Positions 33,749 through 43,103 of a DNA stretch of 64,000 nucleotides are shown here, in pieces. The stretch lies in the NCBI GenBank assembly GCA_003168355.1, contig PMSQ01000134.1, forward strand, positions 7,222 through 71,221, in the 5' to 3' direction. Each line of letters opens with the position of its first letter. Positions within the stretch are counted from its first letter, which is position 1. The notes below the pieces were generated by a model. The model worked only from the letters and a program-made list of their open reading frames with translations, did no database searches and had not been told where the DNA came from. A program made the translations under genes and the position numbers. Origin of the DNA: Acidobacteriaceae bacterium. GTDB lineage: Bacteria > Acidobacteriota > Terriglobia > Terriglobales > Acidobacteriaceae.

Positions 33749-34192
33749 ATGTCCAAAGTTATCGAAGTGTCTGTACTGTCTTCGTCGAAAGACGGACTGG
33801 TTTATCTAACACCGAATGATTGGAGCCTCGTCGCGGATAAGGCCAAGCGGGTCAGTTTTCGCAAGGGCCAGATTCTTGTCCACAAGGGAAAGAAAACTAA
33901 CGGTGTCTTTCTCCTGCTGACAGGAACCGCTCGAGTACAGATTCCTCCACAGACCAGATCTCCCGAGATCGGGCCGGGTGAGATTTGCGGCGAAATGTCG
34001 TTTCTGGAGGACGCACCCGCCAGCGCTAACGTGGTCGCTCATGAAGACGTAGAAGCTTATCATCTTGATCGGCCCACCCTGGAGAGCCTGTTTGAGTTGT
34101 TTCCTCACCTCGCCTCTCGTTTTTACAGGTCCCTGGCCATGAATTTGTCTCGCCGACTCAGAGATCTAATCGAGCCGAACGCGGGCCAGTAA
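33749..34192 (+). CDS. Cyclic nucleotide-binding domain protein
   Basis: FRKGQILVHKGKKTNGVFLLLTG...GPGEICGEMSFL...ASANVVA (cNMP-binding beta-barrel and phosphate-binding cassette). Confidence 0.8.
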   Translation: MSKVIEVSVLSSSKDGLVYLTPNDWSLVADKAKRVSFRKGQILVHKGKKTNGVFLLLTGTARVQIPPQTRSPEIGPGEICGEMSFLEDAPASANVVAHEDVEAYHLDRPTLESLFELFPHLASRFYRSLAMNLSRRLRDLIEPNAGQ

Positions 34193-34274
34193 TTCTGGGT
34201 AACCAATCCAGGTTCGAGCAGCGTGCCTGATTTCTGATTGCAATTCCTGCACAAAACCCTCCAGAAATTAAGAA

Positions 34275-34306
34275 GCGTCCCGAGACTTTTGCGAGTCTCG
34301 GGACGC
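34275..34306. repeat. Perfect 13-bp hairpin GCGTCCCGAGACT-TTTGCG-AGTCTCGGGACGC
   Basis: Read directly. Shares the GTCTCG/CGAGAC core with REP family A. No T-tract follows. Confidence 0.7.
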
Positions 34307-34594
34307 CCGAACAGCCCTCCCCCAGAACTGCTCAAGAGCAACCTACTTGCATCCCAGTCCAATGTGAATTACACTTCGGTGCCATGAGATAGCACGAGCT
34401 ACCCGGTGGTTCGTGCGGCACCCCTTAGGACTTTTGGGCCCTGGGAATCGCAAGGCCCGAAGCATTCTGGGCGGCTTCAGTCGACGCAAGAAGGGGAACA
34501 CTAGTGTGCAGAGCTTTGCAGTTCCAATTTGGCAAAATCGAAGCAGCTTCGAATTAACCGACTCCTAATCAATGGTTTACGAGTTTTACAGGTT

Positions 34595-34610
34595 TGGCAA
34601 TATGAATGCA
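34595..34610 (+). promoter_or_regulatory. Candidate sigma-54 promoter TGGCAA-TATGA-ATGCA upstream of the PEP-CTERM gene
   Basis: GG and GC elements have the canonical 10-nt spacing, about 80 nt upstream of the ATG at 34690. A weaker second match (TGGCAAAATCGAAGCA) lies at 34530-34545. Confidence 0.35.
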
Positions 34611-34689
34611 GCAGGTTTTGCGACGGAGCAGCTCGTTTAGTGCGCCTGTTGACCACAAAAATATCCCCTGGTTCGGAGGAAAGACAGTT

Positions 34690-35304
34690 ATGAAGCGCAT
34701 ACTCTTGATGGCTCTACTTGCTATGGCTCTGCCATTAGCTGCGTTTGCTGATACTTCAGTGGACTTCACGAACAGCGGCGGTACTCTCTCCGGCAGTTCT
34801 GCGGGGTTGGGCTTATCAGGATCTGAACTCATTGCTGTGAACGGCCTTGGCGGCGCGGCTCTGGTCACAGGCGCGCTCGGGTCTGTGAGCTTCTCGACGG
34901 GAGCGCTAACCGGAGGAAGCCTGCAGATGGGCGGGACATTCGCCGGCGGCGGAATCTTCACCATCACCGGGAACGGCACCAACGGCGTTCCAAGTGGTGC
35001 GATATTCAACGGCTCTTTCTCCGGTCCAGTTACCTGGACACTGGTCACGCTGGCTAACGGCACGCACAATTACACGCTGACAGGTTCAGTAACTGGCCAG
35101 TGGTATGGCACCGGCCCGACCGTGGATGGCGCTACGGTTCAGTTGACGATCAATACAGGCAAAGGCTTCTTTAACGGAAGCACTACGATCTCCAGCGGTG
35201 ACACCAACATCGGTGGCACTGTTCCCGAGCCTGGCACTCTCGGATTGCTCGGAACTGGGTTGATTGGCCTGGCCGGACTAGTTCGCAAAAAGCTGAAAGC
35301 CTAG
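34690..35304 (+). CDS. PEP-CTERM sorting-domain secreted protein
   Basis: Signal peptide MKRILLMALLAMALPLAAFA. C-terminal VPEPGTLGLLGTGLIGLAGLVRKKLKA. Confidence 0.85.
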   Translation: MKRILLMALLAMALPLAAFADTSVDFTNSGGTLSGSSAGLGLSGSELIAVNGLGGAALVTGALGSVSFSTGALTGGSLQMGGTFAGGGIFTITGNGTNGVPSGAIFNGSFSGPVTWTLVTLANGTHNYTLTGSVTGQWYGTGPTVDGATVQLTINTGKGFFNGSTTISSGDTNIGGTVPEPGTLGLLGTGLIGLAGLVRKKLKA

Positions 35305-35326
35305 TCCACTTCATCCGTCTTCTCCG

Positions 35327-35356
35327 AAGCCCCGCCAAAAGCGGGGCTTTTGTTTT
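35327..35356 (+). terminator. Rho-independent terminator
   Basis: AAGCCCCGC-CAAAA-GCGGGGCTT followed by TTGTTTT. Confidence 0.75.
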
Positions 35357-35367
35357 GCTTCCTGCCC

Positions 35368-35392
35368 GATGCGCCGCTGAAGCGCACCTTCC
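35368..35392. repeat. REP family C unit (GCGCCGCTGAAGCGC)
   Basis: Same core as at 29934-29951. Confidence 0.6.
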
Positions 35393-35483
35393 TTACTCCG
35401 CCAAGATTACTGCAGTAACCGTCAGGCCGGGATTACCGTTGACCGTCCCTCCCTGCATCCGTACATTCGCCACAGGGGGTCGT

Positions 35484-35750
35484 ATGAAAGATATTCATGA
35501 AGTGTTGCGGCAGAAACAGACCAAGTACGCGGCACTGGGTAAGCAAATCGAAATGCTGCAGCAGGCGGCGGAGAAGCTGCGTGAGGTGGCTCCCTTGCTG
35601 GCCGAAAATGATGACGAAGACAACGCCGTCCTGACAGAAGTGGACGAAGCTGTGCCGCATTCCGACGCCATGGCCGCGAAAGCGGGCGCGGCTGGTTCGG
35701 GCGGAACCGCCTCCAAGGGAGCTCGGCCCACAGCGCCTCGTTGGCCCTAG
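35484..35750 (+). CDS. Hypothetical small coiled-coil protein
   Basis: ATG at 35484 after a GGGGG stretch. 88 aa with a helical N-half and an Ala/Gly-rich tail. Confidence 0.4.
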   Translation: MKDIHEVLRQKQTKYAALGKQIEMLQQAAEKLREVAPLLAENDDEDNAVLTEVDEAVPHSDAMAAKAGAAGSGGTASKGARPTAPRWP

Positions 35751-35781
35751 TCACACCGCTTCTGGGTGGGGAACATTTGTT

Positions 35782-36933
35782 ATGACCCTTCTGGCATTGC
35801 TGATTTCCACGGACGATTCCGCTTGTGACATTCTGGGCCGGGTTCTGCCGGCGACCGGGGTCGCCGTGGAGCGTTTCAGCGTTCTGCCGGCCGCTATCGA
35901 TCGTCTTCAGCAGCAAAGGTTCGACGCGCTCATTATTGATTTCGAAGACGCGAAGGCTGCCGCCGAAGTGTTCGAAGAGGCCCGCAAGCTGAATTCCGGA
36001 GATGCGCCCGTCACTGTGGCTTTGGTGGCGGAACGCGCTACCGCGCGAGATATTTTAAGCGGCGGCGCGCATTTTGTGCTGTACAAACCACTCTCGGAAG
36101 AAAAGGCCAGAGCCGGCCTGCGTGCGGTAACCGCTCTATTGAACCGCGAGCGTCGCCGCGCTTACCGCGTCCCGGTGCAGGCTCCGGTGGAACTTATTCT
36201 GCCCGATACTCGCAAAGCGGAGGGAATCCTTCTCGATCTGAGCGAAACGGGGATGGATGTTCTGACCGCCGAACCTCAGATTCCGGGGGCGCTGCTGAAT
36301 TTCCGCTTCCAGTTGCCCGACGGAAGCCTGGAGATTCATGCGCACGGGCAGGTGGCATGGGCGAATCCCAATGGCCAAACGGGGGTCCACTTTCTGGACC
36401 TGGACGAGGCCATCAAGGCTCATCTACACATCTGGTTGCAGGCAGCGGCGTCCGCTCAACGTCCGGGGCCTGAGGAAACCGTTCCCCACTGCAAGCTTAC
36501 CGATTTGAGTCTGGGGGGATGCTACGTGGAAACCGATTCGCCTTTCCCCGAACACGCCTTGGTCGACCTTTGCCTGAAAACCGAAGAGTTGGCGGTCCAC
36601 ACCGAAGGCATGGTGCGGGTTGCCCATCCGGGTTACGGTATGGGAGTGGAATTCCCTTCCCGCACGCCGGAGCAGCGGGCGCAGGTGGGCAATCTAATCA
36701 GCTTGCTTCGCAGTTGTCCCGATTCCATGCCGGAACTGAGTATTTCTCCCCGGGCTCTGGTTGCGGACCTGAGCCAATTTGAATCCGCGCCGGAAGCGGT
36801 GAACGGGCCCGAGGAAAACGAGGATATGGAAGATCCTTTGCTCGAACTGCTGCGGCACGCGACCGCGATGCAACAGGATAATTTTCTCCAGGAACTTCGC
36901 CGCCAGCGCTCGGGTGAGAGCGTTACGACATAG
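35782..36933 (+). CDS. Response-regulator receiver domain fused to two PilZ domains
   Basis: REC-like N-terminus (STDDS...ALIIDFED...YKP). First PilZ has RERRR (RxxxR) and DLSETG (DxSxxG). Second PilZ has DLSLGG but no RxxxR. Confidence 0.8.
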   Translation: MTLLALLISTDDSACDILGRVLPATGVAVERFSVLPAAIDRLQQQRFDALIIDFEDAKAAAEVFEEARKLNSGDAPVTVALVAERATARDILSGGAHFVLYKPLSEEKARAGLRAVTALLNRERRRAYRVPVQAPVELILPDTRKAEGILLDLSETGMDVLTAEPQIPGALLNFRFQLPDGSLEIHAHGQVAWANPNGQTGVHFLDLDEAIKAHLHIWLQAAASAQRPGPEETVPHCKLTDLSLGGCYVETDSPFPEHALVDLCLKTEELAVHTEGMVRVAHPGYGMGVEFPSRTPEQRAQVGNLISLLRSCPDSMPELSISPRALVADLSQFESAPEAVNGPEENEDMEDPLLELLRHATAMQQDNFLQELRRQRSGESVTT

Positions 36934-37444
36934 CTGGCATTCCTGCCCTCTGATCCTTCCAAATCCTTATCCTTCTGCACTGCCCATCACAGCTCTGCCC
37001 TAAGCTTCTAAATTTGATTGGAACTAAAAGCCTCTCGCGGCAGGAGGCTGAGGGCTTTTGGGACTGGGCAGGAGGCTGGAAAAAATCGGCAGCGAAGGGT
37101 GCGAGAGGCCTGCGGTGGGCTGCTTTCGGAGAGCGAAGAACCCATGCCCCGTCTCTGGCCTGGATCCTCCAACTCTCCGTGGTCTGTTCCACCCCATTGC
37201 GAGTACAGTAGCTCATTCTTATTGCGCGGCGGTTTCAGCAATATTAATTCTAAGTTAAATAGAGCGAGTCGAGCGCAGATTCGCGAAGCGCGGGAGAGTG
37301 CCGCCGCCACTGTGCATGGTTCTCGCGCTTGTGCGAACATGTACACGCATGTAAGACGGCGTCTCCGTGCGGAGGCTGGCGGGAGCGAAGCTGGCGGCAA
37401 TTACACAATCCGGTCAGGCTGGGGATACAGCGTCGCGCGCACGC

Positions 37445-39058
37445 ATGCACAGAGCACCGGGCGGCAGGCTGGCCTGGGTACCGTTCCTCTCGATTGCGGC
37501 GGCGGCATTCGCGGTTGAAATTCCCTTCTTCTTTCTGGGCCTGCCCTCGGGCCATGATTTCGAATTCCATTTGTACGGGTGGCTCGACGTTCTGGCCCAG
37601 TGGAAGCAGGGCATCGTCTATCCGCGATGGGCATCGCTGGCGCAATTCGCCTATGGCGAACCGCGCTTCATCTTCTATCCCCCGGCGTCGTGGACTTTAG
37701 GCGCTGTCTTAGGCGCAATCTTTCCCTGGAGCCTCGTCTCCTGCATCTACATCTGGCTGGTTCTGGTGGCGGCGGGGACGTCGATGTTTCTGCTGGCGCG
37801 GCGATGGCTTGACTGGCGCGACGCAACCTTCGCGGCGGTGTTGTACGCCGCGAATCCCTATCACCTTATGATTGTTTACTGGCGGAGTGCCTTCGCCGAG
37901 CTGCTGGCCAGTTCGTTGTTGCCTCTGCTGTTGCTGCTGGTGCTGCGAACGGAAGAAAAGGGCCGCCGCATAGCCCTTTGTTTGGCGCTGGTCCTGGCTT
38001 CGGCCTGGCTGGTAAACGCACCCGCGGCGGTTATGATTCACTATTCTCTGGCGTTGCTGATCGTGGGGATGGCCTGGCATCGGCGCTCGCCCCGCGTTCT
38101 GCTGACCGGAGCAATTGCGGTTGTTCTGGGCGCCGCGCTGGCCGCTTTCTATCTGCTGCCTGCAATCTACGAGCAGAAGTGGGTCAACATTGCTGAGGTC
38201 GTGGGCACTGGCTTGCGCCCGCAGGATAACTTTCTATTTGCCCACACCACCGACGCAGATCACAACGTCTTCAACCGCGTCGCTTCCTGGGTCGCGATAG
38301 CGGAGATCGTGGTGACGATTGCGGCAGCATGGGCGGCACGGCGCTGGCGCGGCCGCAACCGCGAACTTTGGTTCTCGCTGGTGGCCTGGGGCGCAGTATC
38401 TGCTGTGGTTATGCTACCGATTACCGGTCCGCTCTGGAATATCCTGCCCAAGCTGCGTTTTATTCAGTTTCCGTGGCGGTGGCTGCTGTGTCTGGGCGTT
38501 CCATTCGCCTTGCTCACGGTGATGGGATTCCGCAGATGGACGGCGCGTGTAGCCATCTACCTGGCTATGCTTTGTGTGCTCGCTTTTGTATGGCAACACT
38601 TCCAGGCGCCCTGGTGGGACAATCTCGACGATCTGCGCGAGATGCAGGACAACATGGCAACTGGCGCGGGATACGAGGGCACTGACGAATACACGCCCCT
38701 GGGAGCCGACCCTTCCAATCTCGACAAAGCCGCCCGCCGCGCGACCGTGGATGGAGCCGCCCACGCGGCGATCCGGGTTTCGCAGTGGAACCCGGAATTT
38801 AAACTCCTCACGGCAGAGATGTCCGCGCCGGATAATCTTGCTTTGCGCCTGTTCAACTATCCGGCGTGGCACGTGGAAGTAAATGGACGGCTGGTACAGG
38901 CCGGGACCCGCGAGGGCACCGGACAGATGCTGGTTCCGGTGGAAGCGGGGGCGAATCGCGTGCAGATCACTTTTGTTCGCACCTGGGATCGCACGGCCGG
39001 CGGGTGGATCTCGATCGTCGCTATCGTTTTTGTTCTGGTGTCGTTGAAGCGCTGGTAA
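37445..39058 (+). CDS. Large polytopic membrane protein, GT-C-like (the family misleadingly named 'PTPS-related')
   Basis: More than 10 TM segments plus a C-terminal soluble domain. The N-terminal LGLPSGHDFEFHLYGW motif is typical of that family as I remember it. Confidence 0.55.
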   Translation: MHRAPGGRLAWVPFLSIAAAAFAVEIPFFFLGLPSGHDFEFHLYGWLDVLAQWKQGIVYPRWASLAQFAYGEPRFIFYPPASWTLGAVLGAIFPWSLVSCIYIWLVLVAAGTSMFLLARRWLDWRDATFAAVLYAANPYHLMIVYWRSAFAELLASSLLPLLLLLVLRTEEKGRRIALCLALVLASAWLVNAPAAVMIHYSLALLIVGMAWHRRSPRVLLTGAIAVVLGAALAAFYLLPAIYEQKWVNIAEVVGTGLRPQDNFLFAHTTDADHNVFNRVASWVAIAEIVVTIAAAWAARRWRGRNRELWFSLVAWGAVSAVVMLPITGPLWNILPKLRFIQFPWRWLLCLGVPFALLTVMGFRRWTARVAIYLAMLCVLAFVWQHFQAPWWDNLDDLREMQDNMATGAGYEGTDEYTPLGADPSNLDKAARRATVDGAAHAAIRVSQWNPEFKLLTAEMSAPDNLALRLFNYPAWHVEVNGRLVQAGTREGTGQMLVPVEAGANRVQITFVRTWDRTAGGWISIVAIVFVLVSLKRW

Positions 39059-39120
39059 CGCCGGCATCTTGCCGAAGGGACAGCCGCCAGAACAGCGGCG
39101 CTACGAATTGAAAATCGCGA

Positions 39121-39759
39121 ATGCGAACAATCCTCATTGCAACTTCCAATCCCGGCAAGCTGCGAGACTTCGCGGGCGCAGCTCTACGGCACGGGGTCGA
39201 AATCGCCGGCATTCCTGACTTCGCTTCCCTGCCCGCCGTTGTTGAGGATGGTCTTACTTTCGAGGCCAATGCTCGAAAGAAGGCCGAGTCCTACAGCAGA
39301 TACGTTCCGGGAGAAGTCGTTGTCGCCGACGACTCCGGCCTGGAGATCGACGCGCTGAACGGCGCTCCCGGCGTGCACTCCGCTCGCTACGCGGCTCCCA
39401 CCCTGCAAAATAAGGAGCCCCACGAGGCCGATGCGAACACCGATGACGGAGCCAACAATGCGCGCGTTCTGCACGAATTGAAGAATGTCCCACTTGCTCA
39501 ACGTACTGGACGATTTGTCTGTGTGCTGGCGGTCGCGCGTGATGGAGAAACGCTGGCCTTGTTTCGCGGCACTGCTGATGGGGTGATCCTCGACGCTCCA
39601 CGCGGGATGAATGGCTTCGGTTATGATCCGCTCTTTTATTTTCCGCAGATTGAAAAAACATTTGCCGAGCTGACTGCGGAAGAGAAATCCAAGTACAGCC
39701 ACCGAGGTACGGCGTTCCGTAAGCTCTTGGAATGGTGTGACGCGGGAGCGGACGCCTGA
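39121..39759 (+). CDS. rdgB: dITP/XTP pyrophosphatase RdgB (HAM1 family)
   Basis: IATSNPGKLRDF...VADDSGLEIDALNGAPGV.SARY...GFGYDPLF...SHRG. Confidence 0.9.
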   Translation: MRTILIATSNPGKLRDFAGAALRHGVEIAGIPDFASLPAVVEDGLTFEANARKKAESYSRYVPGEVVVADDSGLEIDALNGAPGVHSARYAAPTLQNKEPHEADANTDDGANNARVLHELKNVPLAQRTGRFVCVLAVARDGETLALFRGTADGVILDAPRGMNGFGYDPLFYFPQIEKTFAELTAEEKSKYSHRGTAFRKLLEWCDAGADA

Positions 39760-39779
39760 GACATGGTTCCAGGGTCAAG

Positions 39780-40304
39780 TCAAGCCGTCCTGGAGGCAGC
39801 CAGTGGGAAACAGGCTTTCTTTGACCACATTCCTGAATCATCGCTAGTCAAAAGCCAGACTTCTCTCGCAACGCAGTGGATGGGCAGATGAGGACGAACG
39901 GAATCCTCCACCGTGGTCAAGATTGCGCGGTCCACGTGATCGGCGACGGTCAGGTGAGGAATTATTTCAGAAAAAGCGCCGTTGTACGGCTTGCAATCGG
40001 GCCACGTGCCCGCAAGAGTCCCGGTGATTTGCGCGAATATTTCCGATTTGTCCGGGTGCAGGTAGGCGGTTTCCGGAAACCCTCGAACTTCGATGAATGA
40101 GAACGGGAATACCTCGACCGATGCGCAAACATCTCGCAGAGTCTTGATTTCGCCGGCCACGGCCTGCGCTGAACGAAAGGGATAAAGCAGAGTGATATGC
40201 GCGGGGATACCGAGACGAGCTCCCATATCGAATTGCAATCGTAGCGGCCCGACCACAGGCTCAACCTCAGGGGCCGGTACGATAATTGCAGACTCGTTAC
40301 CCAT
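39780..40304 (-). CDS. 2'-5' RNA ligase / 2H phosphoesterase family protein
   Basis: Two H-x-T-x motifs (PAHITLL and PHLTVA). Confidence 0.75.
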   Translation of the reverse strand: MGNESAIIVPAPEVEPVVGPLRLQFDMGARLGIPAHITLLYPFRSAQAVAGEIKTLRDVCASVEVFPFSFIEVRGFPETAYLHPDKSEIFAQITGTLAGTWPDCKPYNGAFSEIIPHLTVADHVDRAILTTVEDSVRPHLPIHCVAREVWLLTSDDSGMWSKKACFPLAASRTA

Positions 40305-40410
40305 GGCCTGATGTTACCCTGCTTTCCTTGACTTCGCTTCTCCTACCGCCGGATAATAAAAAGTTCTTTTGTCGTTCTTAACAGAATAAGTGAACTCATA
40401 AGGAGCGATC

Positions 40411-41193
40411 GTGGCGTCAGTGGCCAGTTCTAGTGCTCCAGTGGTAACGAAAGGCGTTGCGAAGGGTGCGGGGCATGGAGTCGCGCCCCTGCGCGCCGGG
40501 CAGGGTACGTCGTTTCTTTTGCGCCGCCTGCATTCGCTTTCCGGTATCGTTCCCGTGGGCGCGTTCCTGTTCGAACATATCCTGATTTCCAACTCGACCG
40601 CGATCACCGGCCCCGACGCCTATGCCCGCCAGGTAAGCTTTCTGGCCAATCTTCCGTTGGTTTTCTTTCTTGAGTTGTTCGGCATCTGGCTGCCGATTTT
40701 GTTCCATGCGCTCTACGGCTTCTACATCTGGTATCGCGGCGACGGGAACACCATCGAATATCCCTGGAGCGGCAATTGGATGTATACGGCGCAGCGCTGG
40801 ACAGGCGGCATCGCGTTCGCTTACATCGTGTGGCACACCTGGACGATGCGCTTTACCGGAGTCGATCTTCACGCATATCCCAACGCTTCGTTCGGCAAGG
40901 TGCAGGCTGAAGTGTTTCAGACTCCGTTGTTCCTGTTCTATGTTGCAGGCTTGATCGCGGCTTCATGGCACTTCGCGTACGGCATCTGGCTGTTCTCCGC
41001 GAAGTGGGGCATCGTTTCCGGGGAGAAGGCGCGGAAGCGGTTTCTGGTTGTGTGTTTGGCATTCTTTTTTGTTTTGACCGGCGCGGGACTGGCCAGCCTT
41101 ACTTCGTTCCGGTCTCGTCCGCAGCAGCCCACCGAACCGGGGACGGCAGCGACGCAGTCGACTCAAGCTACAACGAATACGGAAGGCCGGTAG
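40411..41193 (+). CDS. sdhC: Succinate dehydrogenase cytochrome b558 subunit (Bacillus type)
   Basis: FLLRRLHSLSGIVPVGAFLFEH, with five TM segments and conserved His residues. Immediately upstream of sdhA. Confidence 0.85.
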   Translation: MASVASSSAPVVTKGVAKGAGHGVAPLRAGQGTSFLLRRLHSLSGIVPVGAFLFEHILISNSTAITGPDAYARQVSFLANLPLVFFLELFGIWLPILFHALYGFYIWYRGDGNTIEYPWSGNWMYTAQRWTGGIAFAYIVWHTWTMRFTGVDLHAYPNASFGKVQAEVFQTPLFLFYVAGLIAASWHFAYGIWLFSAKWGIVSGEKARKRFLVVCLAFFFVLTGAGLASLTSFRSRPQQPTEPGTAATQSTQATTNTEGR

Positions 41194-41200
41194 AGGAAAG

Positions 41201-42982
41201 ATGGCAGTTCCAAAAATCATTGTCATTGGTGGCGGCTTGGCGGGGCTTTCCGCCGTTATCAAGATTGCGGAGATGGGCGCAAACGTCGATCTCTTCTCCA
41301 TCGTCCCGGTGAAGCGTTCGCACTCGGTATGCGCGCAGGGCGGCATCAACGCAGCTAAGAATTTGAAGGGCGAAGGCGATTCGACCTGGAAGCACTTTGA
41401 CGACACGGTTTACGGCGGTGATTTTCTTGCCAACCAACCGCCCGTCAAAGACATGTGCGAGGCCGCGCCCGGCATCATTGATTTGCTCGACCGCATGGGT
41501 GTTCCCTTCAACCGAACGCCGGAGGGGCTGCTCGATTTTCGCCGCTTCGGCGGAACGCTCTATAACCGCACCGCCTTTGCGGGAGCGACCACCGGCCAAC
41601 AGCTTCTTTACGCGCTCGACGAGCAGGTTCGCCGCTATGAATCCGAAGGCAAGGTGAAGAAATTCGAGCACTGGGAATTTCTCTCCGCGGTGCTCGACGG
41701 AAGCCGCGTGTGCCGCGGCATCTGCGCCATGGACTTGCGCAGCATGGAAGTACGTACATTCCCGGCCGATGCAATCATCATCGCCACCGGCGGCAATGGC
41801 GCGATCTTCGGCAAGTCCACCAATTCGGTTGTATGTACAGGTTCGGCGCAGTCCGCTCTTTATCAACAGGGCTGCTACTATGCCAATGGCGAATTTATTC
41901 AGGTGCATCCCACCTGCATCCCCGGCGAAGACAAGCTGCGGCTCATGTCGGAATCGGCGCGCGGCGAAGGCGGCCGCGTATGGGTTCCGAAAAAGCCCGG
42001 CGACACTCGCGATCCTAACTCCATTCCGCAGGGTGAGCGCTGGTATTTTCTGGAAGAGTGGTATCCCAAGTACGGCAACCTGGTTCCGCGCGACATTGCT
42101 ACGCGAGCCATCTTCAAGGTAGTTTTTGAGCACAACCTCGGCATCGACGGCAAGCCGATGGTTTATCTCGACCTCACCCACATCGACCGCAAGATTCTCG
42201 ACCGCAAACTGGAAGGGATTCTTGAAATCTACGAAAAGTTTGTGGGCGACGATCCGCGCGACACGCCGATGAAAATATTCCCCGGCATGCACTACACCAT
42301 GGGCGGGCTGTGGGTAGATTTCAAGCAAGCCACCAACATTCCCGGAGTTTTCGCGGCAGGCGAGTGCGAATATCAGTATCACGGGGCGAATCGGCTGGGG
42401 GCGAACTCGCTGGTGTCGTGCATCTACGGCGGGGGCATCGCCGGACCGAATGCGGTGAAGTATGCACGCGGCTTGCAGGCGCTTTCCGACGGCAACGGAT
42501 GCTTCGAAGCCGAAAGGAAGAAGCAGGAAGAAAGCAATTCCCTGCTCATGAACAACCAGGGCACGGAGAATCCCTTCCAGCTATGGCGCGAACTGGGTGA
42601 GCTGATGACCAAGGATTGCACGGTCATCCGCTACAACAAGAATTTGCAGCAGACGGATGCGAAGCTGGTCGAGATGCTGGAACGCTTCCGCAAAGTCAAC
42701 CTGAGCGACCGCACACAGTGGGCGAACACCAGCGTAGTTTTTACGCGCCAGCTTTACAACATGCTGCAGTTGTCGCGCGTGATCGCGCAGGGCGCTCGTA
42801 TGCGAGACGAATCGCGCGGCGCGCACTACAAGCCGGACTTTCCCGAGCGCGACGACAAGAACTTCTTGAAGACGACGAAGGCATATTTCGCGCCGGATGC
42901 GGATGAACCAAAGTTTGAGTTCGAGCCCGTGGATACGTCGCTGATTCCGCCGAGGGCGAGGAAGTATGACGCGGCAAAGTAA
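41201..42982 (+). CDS. sdhA: Succinate dehydrogenase flavoprotein subunit
   Basis: IVIGGGLAGL...SHSVCAQGGINAA...HYTMGG...RGAHY. Confidence 0.95.
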   Translation: MAVPKIIVIGGGLAGLSAVIKIAEMGANVDLFSIVPVKRSHSVCAQGGINAAKNLKGEGDSTWKHFDDTVYGGDFLANQPPVKDMCEAAPGIIDLLDRMGVPFNRTPEGLLDFRRFGGTLYNRTAFAGATTGQQLLYALDEQVRRYESEGKVKKFEHWEFLSAVLDGSRVCRGICAMDLRSMEVRTFPADAIIIATGGNGAIFGKSTNSVVCTGSAQSALYQQGCYYANGEFIQVHPTCIPGEDKLRLMSESARGEGGRVWVPKKPGDTRDPNSIPQGERWYFLEEWYPKYGNLVPRDIATRAIFKVVFEHNLGIDGKPMVYLDLTHIDRKILDRKLEGILEIYEKFVGDDPRDTPMKIFPGMHYTMGGLWVDFKQATNIPGVFAAGECEYQYHGANRLGANSLVSCIYGGGIAGPNAVKYARGLQALSDGNGCFEAERKKQEESNSLLMNNQGTENPFQLWRELGELMTKDCTVIRYNKNLQQTDAKLVEMLERFRKVNLSDRTQWANTSVVFTRQLYNMLQLSRVIAQGARMRDESRGAHYKPDFPERDDKNFLKTTKAYFAPDADEPKFEFEPVDTSLIPPRARKYDAAK

Positions 42983-42995
42983 CCCACGATTTGCT

Positions 42996-43077
42996 GTCAT
43001 CCTGAGCGAAGCGAAGGACCCATGCAATTTGCCGACACCGGCAGAGTATATAGGTTCTTCGCTTCGCTCAGAATGAC
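42996..43077. repeat. REP family B complete hairpin (GTCATCCTGAGCGAAGCGAAGGACC ... GGTTCTTCGCTTCGCTCAGAATGAC) between sdhA and sdhB
   Basis: 25-nt arms with about 3 mismatches and a 32-nt loop, read directly. Confidence 0.85.
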
Positions 43078-43083
43078 AAGATT

Positions 43084-43103
43084 GAGCTAAGAGCTAGAAG
43101 CTA
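43084..43103 (+). repeat. Three heptads (GAGCTAA GAGCTAG AAGCTA) abutting the sdhB ATG
   Basis: Shares the sense-strand 15-mer AAGAGCTAGAAGCTA with the PTPS paralogue 1 leader (27714-27755). Confidence 0.8.

Noticed and set aside
33401-34700. Integrated element at the tRNA-Arg 3' end
   Set aside because: There is no integrase or recombinase gene. By eye I found no direct repeat of the tRNA 3' end downstream.
36934-37444. Several 65-166-aa ORFs on both strands in the 510-nt gap before the GT-C-like gene
   Set aside because: They overlap one another, are Arg/Gly/Ser-rich, and have no SD or family features. The gap may hold a promoter or an sRNA, but I cannot support a CDS.
41168-42382. 404-aa ORF antisense to sdhA
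   Set aside because: It fully overlaps the unmistakable flavoprotein gene, and its translation has no recognisable features.
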